NCBI RefSeq assembly: GCF_006345805.1
Contig: NC_043013.1
Coordinates: 2,046,001-2,110,000, forward strand
DNA: 64,000 nucleotides
Origin: Octopus sinensis
Taxonomy: Eukaryota
Direction: 5' to 3'
The stretch's first letter is position 1, and each line of letters opens with the position of its first letter. A program made the translations under genes and the position numbers. Shown in pieces: positions 1 to 11,905 of the stretch. Under the pieces are notes generated by a model that saw only the letters and a program-made list of their open reading frames with translations, did no database searches and had not been told where the DNA came from.

Positions 1-777
1 ACAAACACCAGAGACACACGACTACAAGAACTAAAAGATACCCTTATCACCAGGAACTATCCACCTTCACTTATTGACAAGTGCATTCAACGTGCCCTTC
101 AACTTAACATCAAGGAACTGAGACATCCCAAATCAAAGAAAAACTTACAACCAAAAGCCTTACCATACATCTCCACACACAACCCTCTCAATAACGAAGC
201 CTTCGGCACCATCCTCCACAACATACCCCTCCTAAAAAAAGACCACAGAATGAACACAATCCTCCAAACACACACGATCATAAAAAGCAAGAGACAGCCT
301 AAATCCATGAAAAGTCTCCTAACACAAGCCCGAATTCACTCTTCAACACAGAAGCCGACAGTAAAAAAATGTGGAAGACCCAATTGTGGGATATGCGACT
401 ATCTAATTGAGGGATCAGAGTTCTCCTTCAAACAGGGACAACGGTTTACAGTGAAAAGCAACTTCACATGTGCTTCGGAGAACCTAATATACTCACTAAC
501 CTGCTCCGGGTGTCAAGAGCAGTACATAGGCCAAACAAAAAATGGTTTGCGTAAACGAATGGCCCTGCACAGATCCCAGATAAAAATTCCCCAAAACAGA
601 AAAATAGCTTTTAGCCAACACATAGATACTTGCGCCAACAAAAAAACACCAAACTTCAGGATTTTCCCCCTCTACCAATTTAGGGACGATACAACCTCGA
701 GACAACGAATAAGTAAAGAAACTCTCTTTATTGCAAAATACAGGCCACTTCTTAACGGGTCTACGACAAACAATTAA
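1..777 (+). CDS. Penelope-like retroelement ORF, 3' part (RT C-terminus, Cys-rich linker, GIY-YIG endonuclease); 5' truncated by the window
   Basis: Frame 1 is open from base 1 (TNTRDTRLQELKDTLITRNYPPSLIDKCIQRA...) through CGRPNCGICD, LIYSLTCSGCQEQYIGQTKNGLRKRMALH and KETLFIAKYRPLLN to TAA at 775-777. Confidence 0.9.
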   Translation, partial: TNTRDTRLQELKDTLITRNYPPSLIDKCIQRALQLNIKELRHPKSKKNLQPKALPYISTHNPLNNEAFGTILHNIPLLKKDHRMNTILQTHTIIKSKRQPKSMKSLLTQARIHSSTQKPTVKKCGRPNCGICDYLIEGSEFSFKQGQRFTVKSNFTCASENLIYSLTCSGCQEQYIGQTKNGLRKRMALHRSQIKIPQNRKIAFSQHIDTCANKKTPNFRIFPLYQFRDDTTSRQRISKETLFIAKYRPLLNGSTTNN

Positions 778-1471
778 TATACCTCAACTTTAGAATAAAA
801 GAAATATTCACACACAAATATTACATTCCAAAGAATCCATTAGTAATCACAGCTTAAATCACAGCTATAATCCATAACATACCAACTTCAAGTCATACAA
901 CACCTCACTACTTTAACCCATTCATATTCTCCCTTCTCTGTTTTTTTCTTCTTCTTCTTCCTCTTCTTCTTCATCATCATCATTATCATCATCATCGTCG
1001 TCATAATCATCACCACCTTCACCATCATCTTCTCCTTCTCCTTCTTCTTCTTCTTCTTCTTCATCATCATCATCATCAACATCGTCATCTTCTTCTTCTT
1101 CTTCTTCTTCTACTTCTCCACCTCCTACCCCTTAACTTTGTCACTAATGTTTTTTAGTATAACACCTACGCTAATTCTATAAACAAGCCTGTCAATATAA
1201 ATATTCTCCTGAATTGAACTGAGACTGCCAGCCACCCCTGACCATTCAAAATACGACCATCAGGGCACTCCCAGATTCTCCCACCCCCTTTCCTCACCAT
1301 CTTTCTTCCTCTACTACCCTACCAAGAACTCACAACGACCTCCAACACACAAGTGCAAACAAGGGAGTCAGAGAAAGGCAGAATGCCACTTAAATCTGAA
1401 CACTACTATAGAAATATTCTTTTAAAAAAACTTTTCTTCTAATTTTTCAAAATTTAATTATTTAATCGTTA

Positions 1472-1509
1472 CAGTTGAAAAGGTCTCAAAATGACCGAAA
1501 CCGGTACTG
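1472..1509 (+). ncRNA. Minimal type-I hammerhead ribozyme, U3-A8 core variant
   Basis: cag|TTGAAAA|ggtc-tcaaaat-gacc|GAAA|ccgGTA|ctg: stem I cag/ctg, stem II ggtc/gacc, palindromic stem III ACCGGT, predicted cleavage after 1506. Confidence 0.7.
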
Positions 1510-1562
1510 AAAGATTCACTATAAAATCATCTTAGCATTTTCTATTTTTGACTTGTTTTTTC

Positions 1563-1624
<62 letters not shown>

Positions 1625-1667
1625 TATATATATATTGTATACATACATAAATGTGGGCATGAGTATA

Positions 1668-1701
<34 letters not shown>

Positions 1702-1734
1702 TATATAGTTATGTAGTTATATATGTATATAAAA

Positions 1735-2068
1735 GGGCAAAGATCCATCCTTGGTCATGGGATTGCACCTAGGAAGTTACCCTCCAAGGCACAAGTCCAG
1801 GCAAAGTTGTTTGTTGAAGACCAGCAGTCAGCCATGCATACCAGCCACCACTCCCCACACCGCCAATGTTATCCAAGGGAAAGACAAAGACTGATACAGC
1901 TTGGCACCAGTGATGTGATAACTCATTTCTACAGCTGAGTGAACTAGACCAACAAAAAATAAACTGTCTTGCTCAAGAATATAACACACAGCCCAGTCTA
2001 GGAATCAAACTTACTACCTCGTAATTGTCAGCCTGATGCTCAAACCACTGAGCCATGTGCCTTCACAG
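1735..2068 (-). mobile_element. SINE family C (tRNA-like head), second copy at ~63050-63390
   Basis: Minus-strand head ggcacatggctcagtggtttgagc...gtttgattcc; the body aligns with 63050-63390. Confidence 0.65.
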
Positions 2069-2091
2069 GGGTGTATACTATATATATATAT

Positions 2092-2368
2092 AATTAATAA
2101 TATCCGGGTAATAAAGATTTTAGAAATTCTTACTACCAGTGGCCTAGCGTATAGAAAAATTAGTCAATAGACTATATATTATTCATATAAAATACACTGT
2201 ACATTTAAACACATAAGAGGTGTCCATCATAGGAATCCCTTATGCTAGAAAGAACATCTAAGAGAATTTATCCCTAATTAGTGGTTTGGACTTCAGCTGT
2301 TCTTTCTAGCGTAAGGGATTCCTAAGATGGAAACCTCTTAATGTATTTTAATGTACACTGTATTTTAT
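2092..2368 (-). mobile_element. (TA)n-flanked foldback element with a tail
   Basis: Imperfect inverted arms 2187-2256 and 2298-2368; tail motif gctaggccactggta resembles gctagaccactggtg at ~58084. Confidence 0.6.
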
Positions 2369-2374
2369 ATATAC

Positions 2375-2458
<84 letters not shown>

Positions 2459-2461
2459 TTA

Positions 2462-2534
2462 GCCCAACTAGTTCAGTCAGTAGAGCACAAGAATCTTAAT
2501 CTTGGGGTCATGGGTTCCTGCTTCACATTGGGTC
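2462..2534 (+). pseudogene. tRNA-Lys(CTT) pseudogene
   Basis: gcccaactagttcagtcagtagagcacaagaatCTTaatcttggggtcatgggttcctgcttcacattgggtc aligns end to end with eukaryotic tRNA-Lys-CTT; T-loop GTTCGA is degraded to GTTCCT. Confidence 0.8.
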
Positions 2535-2972
2535 AGCTCTTTACAGGTGCAGGCATGCTTCCCAACCATATGGGTCATGGTTCAGTCCCACTGCATGACA
2601 CCTTGGGGAAGTGTCTTCTTCTATAGCCTCAGGCAGACCTAAACCTTGTGAGTGGATTTTGTAGACAGATACTGAAAGAAGCCCATCATATATATATATA
2701 TATGTATATATTTAACTATGTGTGTGTCTTTGTGGCTGTTTTTGTCCCCCCCCCCACTGCTTGACAACTGGTATTGGTATTTAATTCTTTTATTAATTTC
2801 TTTCAGTCATTTGACTGCAGCCATGCTGGAGCACCTACATCCCCACAACTTAGTGGTTCAACAAAAGATACCAATGGAGTACTGGCATCAGTTCATTCAA
2901 CTAAAAATTCTTCAAGGCAGTGCCTCAGCATGGCCAAAGTCTAATGACTAAAGCAAGTTAAAATTAAAGGAT

Positions 2973-3012
<40 letters not shown>

Positions 3013-3078
3013 TTACATACTCCCACACAAACATACATACACATACATCTGTGCATTCATATTTCCATTTATTTGCCA

Positions 3079-3232
3079 TCATACAAACGCCAACGTAAAA
3101 ACAATATATCTTACAGTATTTATATATATTGGACAGTTATAGATTGCCATGTCATACGAATGTGATGAGATATTTGATTCAGTCTTCAGTTTAATATTCA
3201 AAACAGCTAATGGTATCTGATGTCCTTGAAAG
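3079..3232 (-). CDS. Probable last (or near-last) dynein heavy chain exon
   Basis: ttccag acceptor; FQGHQIPLAVLNIKL...YNCPIYINTVRYIVFTLAFV*. YxCPxY is the conserved dynein C-terminal motif. Phase linkage to upstream exons is unresolved. Confidence 0.55.
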
Positions 3233-4851
3233 CTGGAATCATTAAAAAGAAAGAAAGAAAGAAAGAAAGAGGATATTTTTGTAGAATTTTGAAATTACAG
3301 AAATATTATAATTTCACAATTAACTGTGTTTTTATGAGAGCTAAAATAATGCCTTTTATGCAATTTTGGACCCTGGTATTCAGGTTTCTTTGACATTTCG
3401 TTGAGGTTTATTGGTAGCACAATGATGAATGTTAGAAATATACCATTTTCTTCTTCTTCTTTTTCCTTCTCATCCACTTTTTACTCATCTTTTATTCATG
3501 AATGTCATTGAAAGCACCAATACCACCAACAACATCACCATCTTACCATTATCAATGCCATCATCATTAACACCATTATCTTCTCCTCCTCCCCACCATC
3601 GACACCCTCATTTTTACCATGTCATATCATCATCATCATCATCATTTCCTCTCCTCCTCCTCCCCCTCCTCCTCCCCACGACCACGACCACGACCACCAC
3701 CACGACCACGACCACCACCACAACCACGACGACCACGACCACGACGACCACCACCACAATCCCCCCCCCCCCACTTTCTTATCTCCTTCCCCTCTGCCAC
3801 ACCCACATTGTCATCATTGTTGCCACCATCACATTTGTTTACTTAACCAGACATCTTTTCTGTTCTTCTAAAATGCCTAAATTCTGTTCAGAATACTTTT
3901 TACGGCTATGCTACATGGCTACATGGCTACATGTACAGATCTACACTAAATCTAATTCTTGTGGTGGTTTCAACATTTGTTTGACTTTTTTTTTTTTCCA
4001 ATGATTTTTTTTCTTTCTCACTAAATACTTTTTGTTACAAACACTGTTAGACAAATGGAGTCGGATTTTTATTCTATCATGGATGTGGCATTTGAACTCA
4101 TTATTGTGGTGACTCAACTAAATATTGATTTCAGATTTTTGCAGCAATTTCAGGAGAAGGGGATGAGTCAATTACATCAACCCCAGTATTCAACTGATAG
4201 TTATTTTATTGGCCCCAGAAGGATAAAAGGCAAAGTCAACCTCAGTGGAATTTGAACTCAGAACATAAAGGCGTGAAATGCCATTAAACATTCTGCTTCG
4301 CTTGCGACCTTATTCAAATATAAAGAATCTAGAACCCTCTCAACTGTTCAGATAATGAAAATATAACATACTGCAATATTACATGTTTGTCTTTCAGACT
4401 TTGACTACACTTTTCTTTGATATTCCCAAACATCATTTGAAGAGATGCAATCATTAAATGGAGGTTCTGCAGGCTTATTGGTTACAAGGTCATGAGAGTT
4501 CAAACTTTACTGTATCCATTGTGCTATGTCTCTGAGCAAACATAGAACTCTGCTTACCAAGTTCCTCCCCTTGCTGAAGAAGATTGGTCTGCAAGGGCCC
4601 TGTGCTGTGCTGGTGTCACATAGAAGCACTCATGCTGGTGCCAAATAAAAAAGCCCCATGTTGATGTCATGTAAAAGCACCTGTGCTTGTGGCATGAAAA
4701 GTAGCCAGCACACTCTGTAAAGGGGTTGGCATTAGGAAGGGCATTAGAAACCAAGCTAATCAGACTGGTGCAGCTTTCCTGCTTACCAGTTCTGGTCAAC
4801 CTGTCCAACCCATGCCAGCATAGAAAACAGGCATATAATGATGATGAAATA

Positions 4852-4954
<103 letters not shown>

Positions 4955-5245
4955 TGGTTCAAGTATTTTCTTATTTGGTAACATCACACCATTTTACTCC
5001 TGTGTATGTAATAAATCCTTATTTCGTTATATTAGTGAAATAGAGACTTACAGCATGCACTGAAAAAGTAGGGCGTTCTGATATTACCAGGTGAGGAAAT
5101 ACCTGGGTCATAGGAGGGTTTGCTAGTACACTACCAGCCCTACTACTAACATGGGACTTGGCCACATGAAGCTATATATCTTCAATATTATTTTTTAAAA
5201 ATACATTTATTATGAACTTCTAGTAATGCATGCACAATCATCATC

Positions 5246-5620
5246 ATCATCATCGTTTAACGTCTGCTTTCCATGCTAGCATGGGTTGGACGTATGACTG
5301 TGGGCTGGCGAACCAGATGGCTGCACCAGGCTTCAATCTTGATCTGGCAGAGTTTCTATAACTGGATGACCTTCCTAACGCCAACCACTCCATGAGTGTA
5401 GTGGGTGCTTTTTCATGCCACCAGCATGGGGCCAGTCAGGTGGTACTGGCAATGACCTCGCTCGAATCTTTTACACATGTCACTGGCACAGGTGCCAGTA
5501 AGGCAATGCTGGGTACGATTGTGCTCGAATGGTGTCTTTTACGTGCCACCGGCACGGAGGCCAGATAGCCACTCTGGCAACAATCATGATCAGATGGTGC
5601 TCTTAATACCCTACAGTAAC
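5246..5620 (-). mobile_element. RTE-LINE 3' end with (GAT)n tail, one of many truncated copies
   Basis: Matches the 3' UTR of the LINE at 30835-32128. Other copies at ~4590-4850, 14680-14990, 21845-21975, 25700-26360, 30012-30400, 35924-36150, 38145-38350, 50445-50970, 55470-56020, 60995-61305, 63660-63900. Confidence 0.8.
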
Positions 5621-6528
5621 CTCTTTTATACTGTCCACTATCCAAAGTGAAGTGTTCATGACCAGACTACAGTTTACATGCATACGTGAACACAAGTGAC
5701 CTCTCATACGTGAACACAAGTGACTTCTCATTTGAAATTCTACTTGGTAAACTGTATATTTGAATATCTCAACAATTCATTTACTATTATCATTAATAGT
5801 GTGTCTTCTTCTTGTGTCTTTAATACTACAAATATTCTTTTGTTTTAAGCCTGTTTCAGTTGCTTTTTTTTTTCCAGTTATTATTCTTCTTTTATTCATC
5901 ATTGATTTTTAATATTAAATGCATTTTCTGTTCGCAGCTGCTTTGCAATATTTCATTTTATATTGGGTGTCAGGCTGACAGAGCCATTACCATGCTGGAT
6001 ACTTTACAGTATTTTATCTGTCACTATGTTCTGAGTTCTAATTCTGCCAAGATCAACTTTACCTGTTATCCTTTTGAGATTAATAAAATAAGTGCCATTG
6101 GGGTTGATTAATTAACCCTGCCCCTACTCCAAACCTGTGGCCTTGTGCTAGAATTTGAAACCAATATTTAATTTTATAGCTGTCAGCTTTAAATTTTACA
6201 TTTTCAACTTTTGCATGCTTTGGTGTTCTACTAAGAATTAATATTTCATTGCTTTTACAACAGTAGATATACTTTTAGCATTTTTCTTTTCAACATAAGT
6301 AATACTTAGATTACACTGATATTAAATATCTACATATTGACTTGCTTTGCTTCACTTTCACTTTATACATATCAATATTTAATTATATCTCTGCATGTTA
6401 TATATATATAAACAATAGACTTCTGCCATTTTGTTTGCAACAAAAAGGTGATAATAATGTAAATGAGATGGGCTTAATTTTTCACTACACATAAACATTG
6501 ATAGAATAACAGTATAGTTATATTGTAT

Positions 6529-6611
6529 TTACTGCCAAAATACTGCCAGTAAATTTATATATATAAATATTTTATATATATATAAATTTACTGGCAGTAT
6601 TTTGACAGTAA
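6529..6611. repeat. Short near-perfect palindrome around a TA core
   Basis: ttactgccaaaatactgccagtaaattt / aaatttactggcagtattttgacagtaa. Confidence 0.85.
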
Positions 6612-6789
6612 TTTTTATTGCATTATTTTTTATTGCATAGGAATGGCTGTGTGGTAAGTAGCTTGTTTATGAACTACATGGTTCTGGGTTCAGTCCCAAT
6701 GCATGGCACCTTGGGCTAGTGTCTTCCAGAAGTAGTTGCTTTCTTATGTATGAAGAAAGCCATTGCGAGAAAGAATCATTGAAGAGAGT

Positions 6790-7060
6790 CATTGATAATG
6801 CAATGGGAGGCCCTTATATGGCTCTTGAGCCCTGCCAAAGATTTGCACATTTTATTGCATAATGCAGAGTTGTGCTGGCTGGGAGAAGGAATAGGTGCCG
6901 CAGTAGGAAGTCTTTTGATATGTCTTTTAAATCCTCCAACTGAACAGCACATCTTTCCACTGATCCTACATGTTCTGTATGGAACTCGTGACTTCTCCGG
7001 TGGCTGACCAGGCCTGCATGACTCAAGCATTTCCTCATACAAATCACACATGTACAAAAC
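6790..7060 (-). mobile_element. Decayed LINE C-terminal C2H2 zinc-finger fragment (RTE-type)
   Basis: RTCRISGKMCCSVGGFKRH...LCNKMCKSLAGLKSHIRASH. Confidence 0.55.
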
Positions 7061-7294
7061 CACACATTCCTTCGTTTTCTATTGTTTTGTTCTTTCTAAG
7101 CTTTCTTGTGATCTTCTCATGCTTCGTTCTCTCTCTTTCAAACTTCAAACAACCACTGTGCACTCTTCCTTCCTTTCCTTCCTTCCTTCCATCCTTCCTT
7201 CCATCCTTCCTTCCTTCCGTCTGTCCATCCAACCAACCAACCAACCATCCATCCATCCATCCATCCATCCATCCATAAACATTTGACAACTTAC

Positions 7295-7416
7295 CTTCCA
7301 GCTTGTAAGCAATGACCCTTATAGTCCCAATCTGCCCCATACAGGAATAAATCAGTGAGGACCAAAGTCCAGTTTCCTTCTCCAACCATTTCAACTCCAT
7401 CAAAACACAATTCAAC
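7295..7416 (-). CDS. Candidate dynein C-terminal-domain exon
   Basis: tcattccag acceptor and gaag|gtaagt donor; [18 protein letters not shown]...; phase 2->1 does not link directly to the neighbouring exons found. Confidence 0.4.
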
Positions 7417-8177
7417 CTGGAATGATACACGTTTTATTCAGACAATAAAATTTAGTTAATGTCCTGCAAATTTAATCTGCTCTGTCAAATGTGGTGGTCC
7501 AGCTTGGCATTGCTTAAACTAAACAACAAAAGAATTATTACCAGAGAAGTTTGCCTTCAGTTCATAATCCAAATAAGAAGACAAAGAAATCTTTTAACAC
7601 ATCTTCAACAATTCATTACAACCATTTCTGTACCAACTCTGCATGCGATGCCAGTTTATGCAACAATTCAAAATGAAAATCTATGTAATGTTTGTGGTTG
7701 TAGATATTAGAGTGTTCTTTGATGCAAGTCTGATGATGTGCTACTCGGATGCCTAAAACCACAAACTTTACATAGATTTTCACTTCAAATTTTTGTGTAA
7801 ACTGGTATTTCAAGCAAAGTTGGTACAGTTGGTTCTAATGAATCATTAAAGATGTGTCAAAGGATTTCTTTATCTTATTATTATTTGGATAATAGTTTAC
7901 TCTTTGCCGCATCCACACAATGGAACTACCATCATGAAACTAGGATTTTCTACACTTGCAAAATTTCAGTACTTGTCTGGAATTCAACAGCGTTGATAAC
8001 CCATAACTTGGGTTCAGTGCTTCTCTGGAAATACCCTACCTTTATACCCAACCAGGATATACAATTAAAAAAATGAATTTAGCAATTTAACGCAATTCTA
8101 ATATTTGTCACAGAAGTTTCTGTACCACTTTGTTTCTGACCTTATTGTAAATGCTTCTTTGGACACAATATATTTTT

Positions 8178-8403
8178 CTTTACTGCCCACAAGGGGCTAA
8201 ACATAGAGGGGACAAACAAGGACAGACAAAGGGATTAAGTTGATTACATCTACCCCAGTGTGAAACTGGTACTTTATTTATCGACCCCGAAAGGATGAAA
8301 GGCAGAGTCGACCTCGGTGGAATTTGAACTCAGAACGTATGACAGATGGAATACCGCTTAGCATTTCGCCTGGCGTGCTGACGTTTCTGCCAGCTCGCTG
8401 CCT
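8178..8403 (-). mobile_element. SINE family B (tRNA-derived)
   Basis: Reverse complement of the 56039-56270 copy; others at 39310-39533, 34231-34462 and fragments at 4180, 44090, 51650, 62400. Confidence 0.8.
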
Positions 8404-8985
8404 TCAATATGCCAAGTGATACTTCATCTGACTAGCATTAAGTAATGCTTCTTTGTATGTCGTTTAAAATATATATATAGTTGGTGTTGCTTATATAAGG
8501 AGAAAACAAAACAATAAGGACAATTAGAACAATAAAGACAATGAAAAAGGATAAAAATAATAACAATAATAACGACAATACTAACAGCAATAAAACTAAC
8601 AGTAGCAGATCAAGAACCATTCATAAGACACAAATGTAAATAATGGTTGATGGTAGAAAAAATCATCATCATCATCAAACAGTGGCAGCAGCAACAAATG
8701 TCAGGCCTCCCTTAATGTTACTGGTAACATATAACCTTGTATAGCTTGTCACATAGTCGGGCCTTTGTTAACCCTACCAAGTTTGTTTGGTGAGGAATGT
8801 GGGTTTTGTTGGACACCTTGCAAGATGATAAACAAGATGTATTCTTCACAACCCACATAGATTTTCTATTTGCACTTTTTGTCAATACATTTTTATACAT
8901 TTGTTTTAATCTTCTGTATGAACAATTTGATATTATCAATAATCTGATAATATTTAATAACAGTGAATGTAACAGTTTAACTTAC

Positions 8986-9164
8986 CATGTCTAAGGAATA
9001 TTTATGAAGGAAACAGAAATCAGTTTTCACTGCTGTTAATAAAGTCTCGGGATTGGCCATTCCTCCAAGCCATAGTGGCATAGCTTTAATATTCCAGTTA
9101 GAAATATTAGCCTCAGATAACTTATCAAGGAAGATTCTGAGCTGATGATGTTGGCGATTTAAAT
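8986..9164 (-). CDS. Dynein heavy chain exon (C-terminal domain)
   Basis: DLNRQHHQLRIFLDKL...MPLWLGGMANPETLLTAVKTDF (WLGG..NP..LLTA motif); ttcag / gtaagt; phase 1->0. Confidence 0.88.
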
Positions 9165-9265
9165 CTGAAGGTAAAAAAAATAGTATAATACCCAAGAAAA
9201 GATTGAAGATACTGGAACTAATTAAAGAATTTGATACATTCATTTATTTAAAAAGTGTGTGTGTA

Positions 9266-9363
<98 letters not shown>

Positions 9364-9789
9364 AAATAGATTTTTGTCTTCTTCATTACATGTTAAAAAA
9401 TGATTTACTTCCTTCATTTTCTTGAAAAATCACTTTGGTTTTCAGTCCAAGAAATTCTGAACATTTTGCTCCGGCATCACATTTGAAACACTTCAATTAT
9501 TTTCTGATCAATTTTATTAGCTATAACTATGTTCCTTAGGTCATAACTGGAAAAAATCAAAGCTCTGATTGATTAAATTTTTCATCATTTCTCAATATAA
9601 TCCACTTCTTCTAAGCCACAGTGAATTTAATCATATCTGATTCAGCCATTGTTCATTTTCAGTTTTATTTATTTTGCGTGTGTAGAAATTGACCTGAGTA
9701 GAGATATACTATTATCAGATATTTACTGCTATTGGCACCAACCTATCTTAGACTACTTTTAGTTCAATGATGCAGTCTTCCAGTTTTAA

Positions 9790-10011
9790 CCCTTTCATTA
9801 CTGTATTTATTTTGAGATGTTCTGTGTTTCTTTCAATTAATTCTAAATATAACAAAGAATTTAGTAAAATAACTAAGTTATCTTTCAGCTAGTGTTAGGA
9901 ACATAAATTGTGACTAAGGTTTGGTGGAAGATTTTAATTCAAACCTTATGAAAATAAGATATTTGTACTTGAGAGCCAGAACCAGTTTCAGCCGGGTTGG
10001 TCATGAAAGGG
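9790..10011. mobile_element. piggyBac-like MITE
   Basis: TTAA flanks with CCCTTTCA / TGAAAGGG ends; homologous to 15036-15295. Confidence 0.7.
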
Positions 10012-10174
10012 TTAAACAGACTGAATTTCCATGAAAATTTCTGGTTAATTTATGCTCAACACACCAACTTAATGACGACAAGGTTATTTTACCAAATTCT
10101 TCATTCTTTTCAAAATCAGTTGAAATAAAAAGCAATGTTGACTCAAATATTAGCATCGACATATTTATATTTAC

Positions 10175-10373
10175 CGTCAAGCCAAGTGGTAAGGGTCTGT
10201 GGTGAACTCCTCCAGTTAGAATACAACCATGATGTTGGAACTTGGTGTTGCTTTAGACATTCTATAGTTCCTTGTGAGCTTGGATTTTTGTTTAAAACTT
10301 CTGGGAAATTCTCTTTGATATGTTTAACATCTCTCTGCACTTTTAATAGCAGAGTATTAAGGATCAAACATTC
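10175..10373 (-). CDS. Dynein heavy chain exon (C-terminal domain)
   Basis: ECLILNTLLLKVQRDV...HQVPTSWLY...LTTWLD; phase 0->1. Confidence 0.88.
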
Positions 10374-10494
10374 CTACATTAAGTGAATAAATAAAAGATT
10401 AACAATTAATCTTCTCTCAGCACAAGAAATATTTAAATATAATGTTACAGTGAATTCTACAACAGTAATTCTACAAGAAATGAAACCTTTTATC

Positions 10495-10704
10495 TTTTAC
10501 TTGTTTCAGTCATTAGACTCTGACCATGCTGGAGCACCTCATTGAAGAATTTTTAGTTCAACTTATCAACTCCAGTCCTTATTATTTTTTGTAAAGCCTG
10601 GTATTAGGATATTGGTTTTTTTTGCCAAACCACTGAGTTACAAGGATGTAAACACACCAACACCAGTTGTCAAGTGGTGGTGGATGGACAAACACATACA
10701 CAAA

Positions 10705-10743
<39 letters not shown>

Positions 10744-10872
10744 GACAGACTTCTTTGAGTTACCATCTACTATCCACTCACAAGGTTTTGGTCAGCTCAA
10801 GTCCAAAGAAGAAGACACTTACCCACAGTGCCAGGCAGTGGGACTGAACCCCAAACTTTTTACCACACAGCC
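10495..10872 (-). mobile_element. SINE family A copy
   Basis: Reverse complement of the 47321-47716 family. Confidence 0.75.
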
Positions 10873-11340
10873 ACTTATTGTGGTGCTTTTTTCTTTCTTC
10901 TACATTTATTCCTCTTTGGCTTTGCTGGATTATACAACTTTCTATGGAATGGTTGATTACATTGATCCCAGCATTTGTTTTACAAACTGATACTTTTGTA
11001 TTTATTCAACTCAGAAAGAAGGAAAGCAATGTGAACCTTGACAGGATGTGTACTCAGAATGCAAGGGAGTTGATGAAATACCACAAGGTATTTTTTCCAA
11101 TGCTCTTTCAATTCTATAAACAACCAACCAAATCCCTTGTTGTTAGTGATAATTTTTAGTATTATGCCCCACCCAACCAGTGAGGTGTGCATCCTACCTT
11201 GAGATTAAAGGTGGTATTTAAAATGGTCAATCCTGCCATAATTAAAAAATTAAATAAATTAATGAAATAAAGAGTGGCAGTAGTAGTTGCTGAAGACTGA
11301 AACTCACAAGGAATGAAATATAGCATAAAACACATGTTGC

Positions 11341-11705
11341 TTGGTTAACAGACCAGATGTAATATTATAAATTATAATTATTTTTATTGGTCAACAGACT
11401 AGATGTAATATTTTAAATTATAATTATTTTGATTGGTCAACAGACCAGATGTAATATTATAAATTATAATTATTTTTATTGGTCAACAGACCAGATGTAA
11501 TATTTTAAATTATAATTATTTTTATTGGTCAACAGACCAGATGTAATATTTTAAATTATAATTATTTTGATTGGTCAACAGACCAGATGTAATATTTTAA
11601 ATTATAATTATTTTTATTGATCAACAGACCAGATGTAATATTTCGAATTATTATTTTGATTGGTCAACAGACCAAATGTAATATTTCAAATTATAATTAT
11701 TTTGA
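11341..11705 (+). repeat. 46-bp minisatellite, 8 copies
   Basis: Unit TTGGTCAACAGACCAGATGTAATATTTTAAATTATAATTATTTTTA starting at 11341, 11387, 11433, 11479, 11525, 11571, 11617 (43 bp) and 11660. Confidence 0.95.
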
Positions 11706-11905
11706 TACCACATTTATAAAAAGCAGCAAGCAATTACATATTAATGGTTGGCACTCATAAACCTTGCCCAGTGTGAAAACATCTATGGAATCTTTATATG
11801 ACATTTATGAAGATATATTTCGCAAACTAAAATATACTTTATAAACTCCAAATGGGAATTTCTAGGTTAAATTCTAGATTAATAAAATATTTGTGTTGAT
11901 AATTA

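Larger units (their letters stand above)
1..1562 (+). mobile_element. Penelope-like element (Neptune-like Cys-rich linker) with a 3' pseudo-LTR running into (TA)n
   Basis: GIY-YIG ORF, then a noncoding 3' region with a hammerhead motif and a T-rich tail abutting a TA microsatellite. Confidence 0.8.

Noticed and set aside
5030-5150. Candidate C-terminal exon ending in gtaagt (LHVAKSH...FSVHA)
   Set aside because: No polypyrimidine tract, only vague similarity, and it does not resolve the phase gap
11341-11705. CRISPR-like array
   Set aside because: Units are contiguous near-identical repeats with no unique spacers; eukaryotic context and no cas genes
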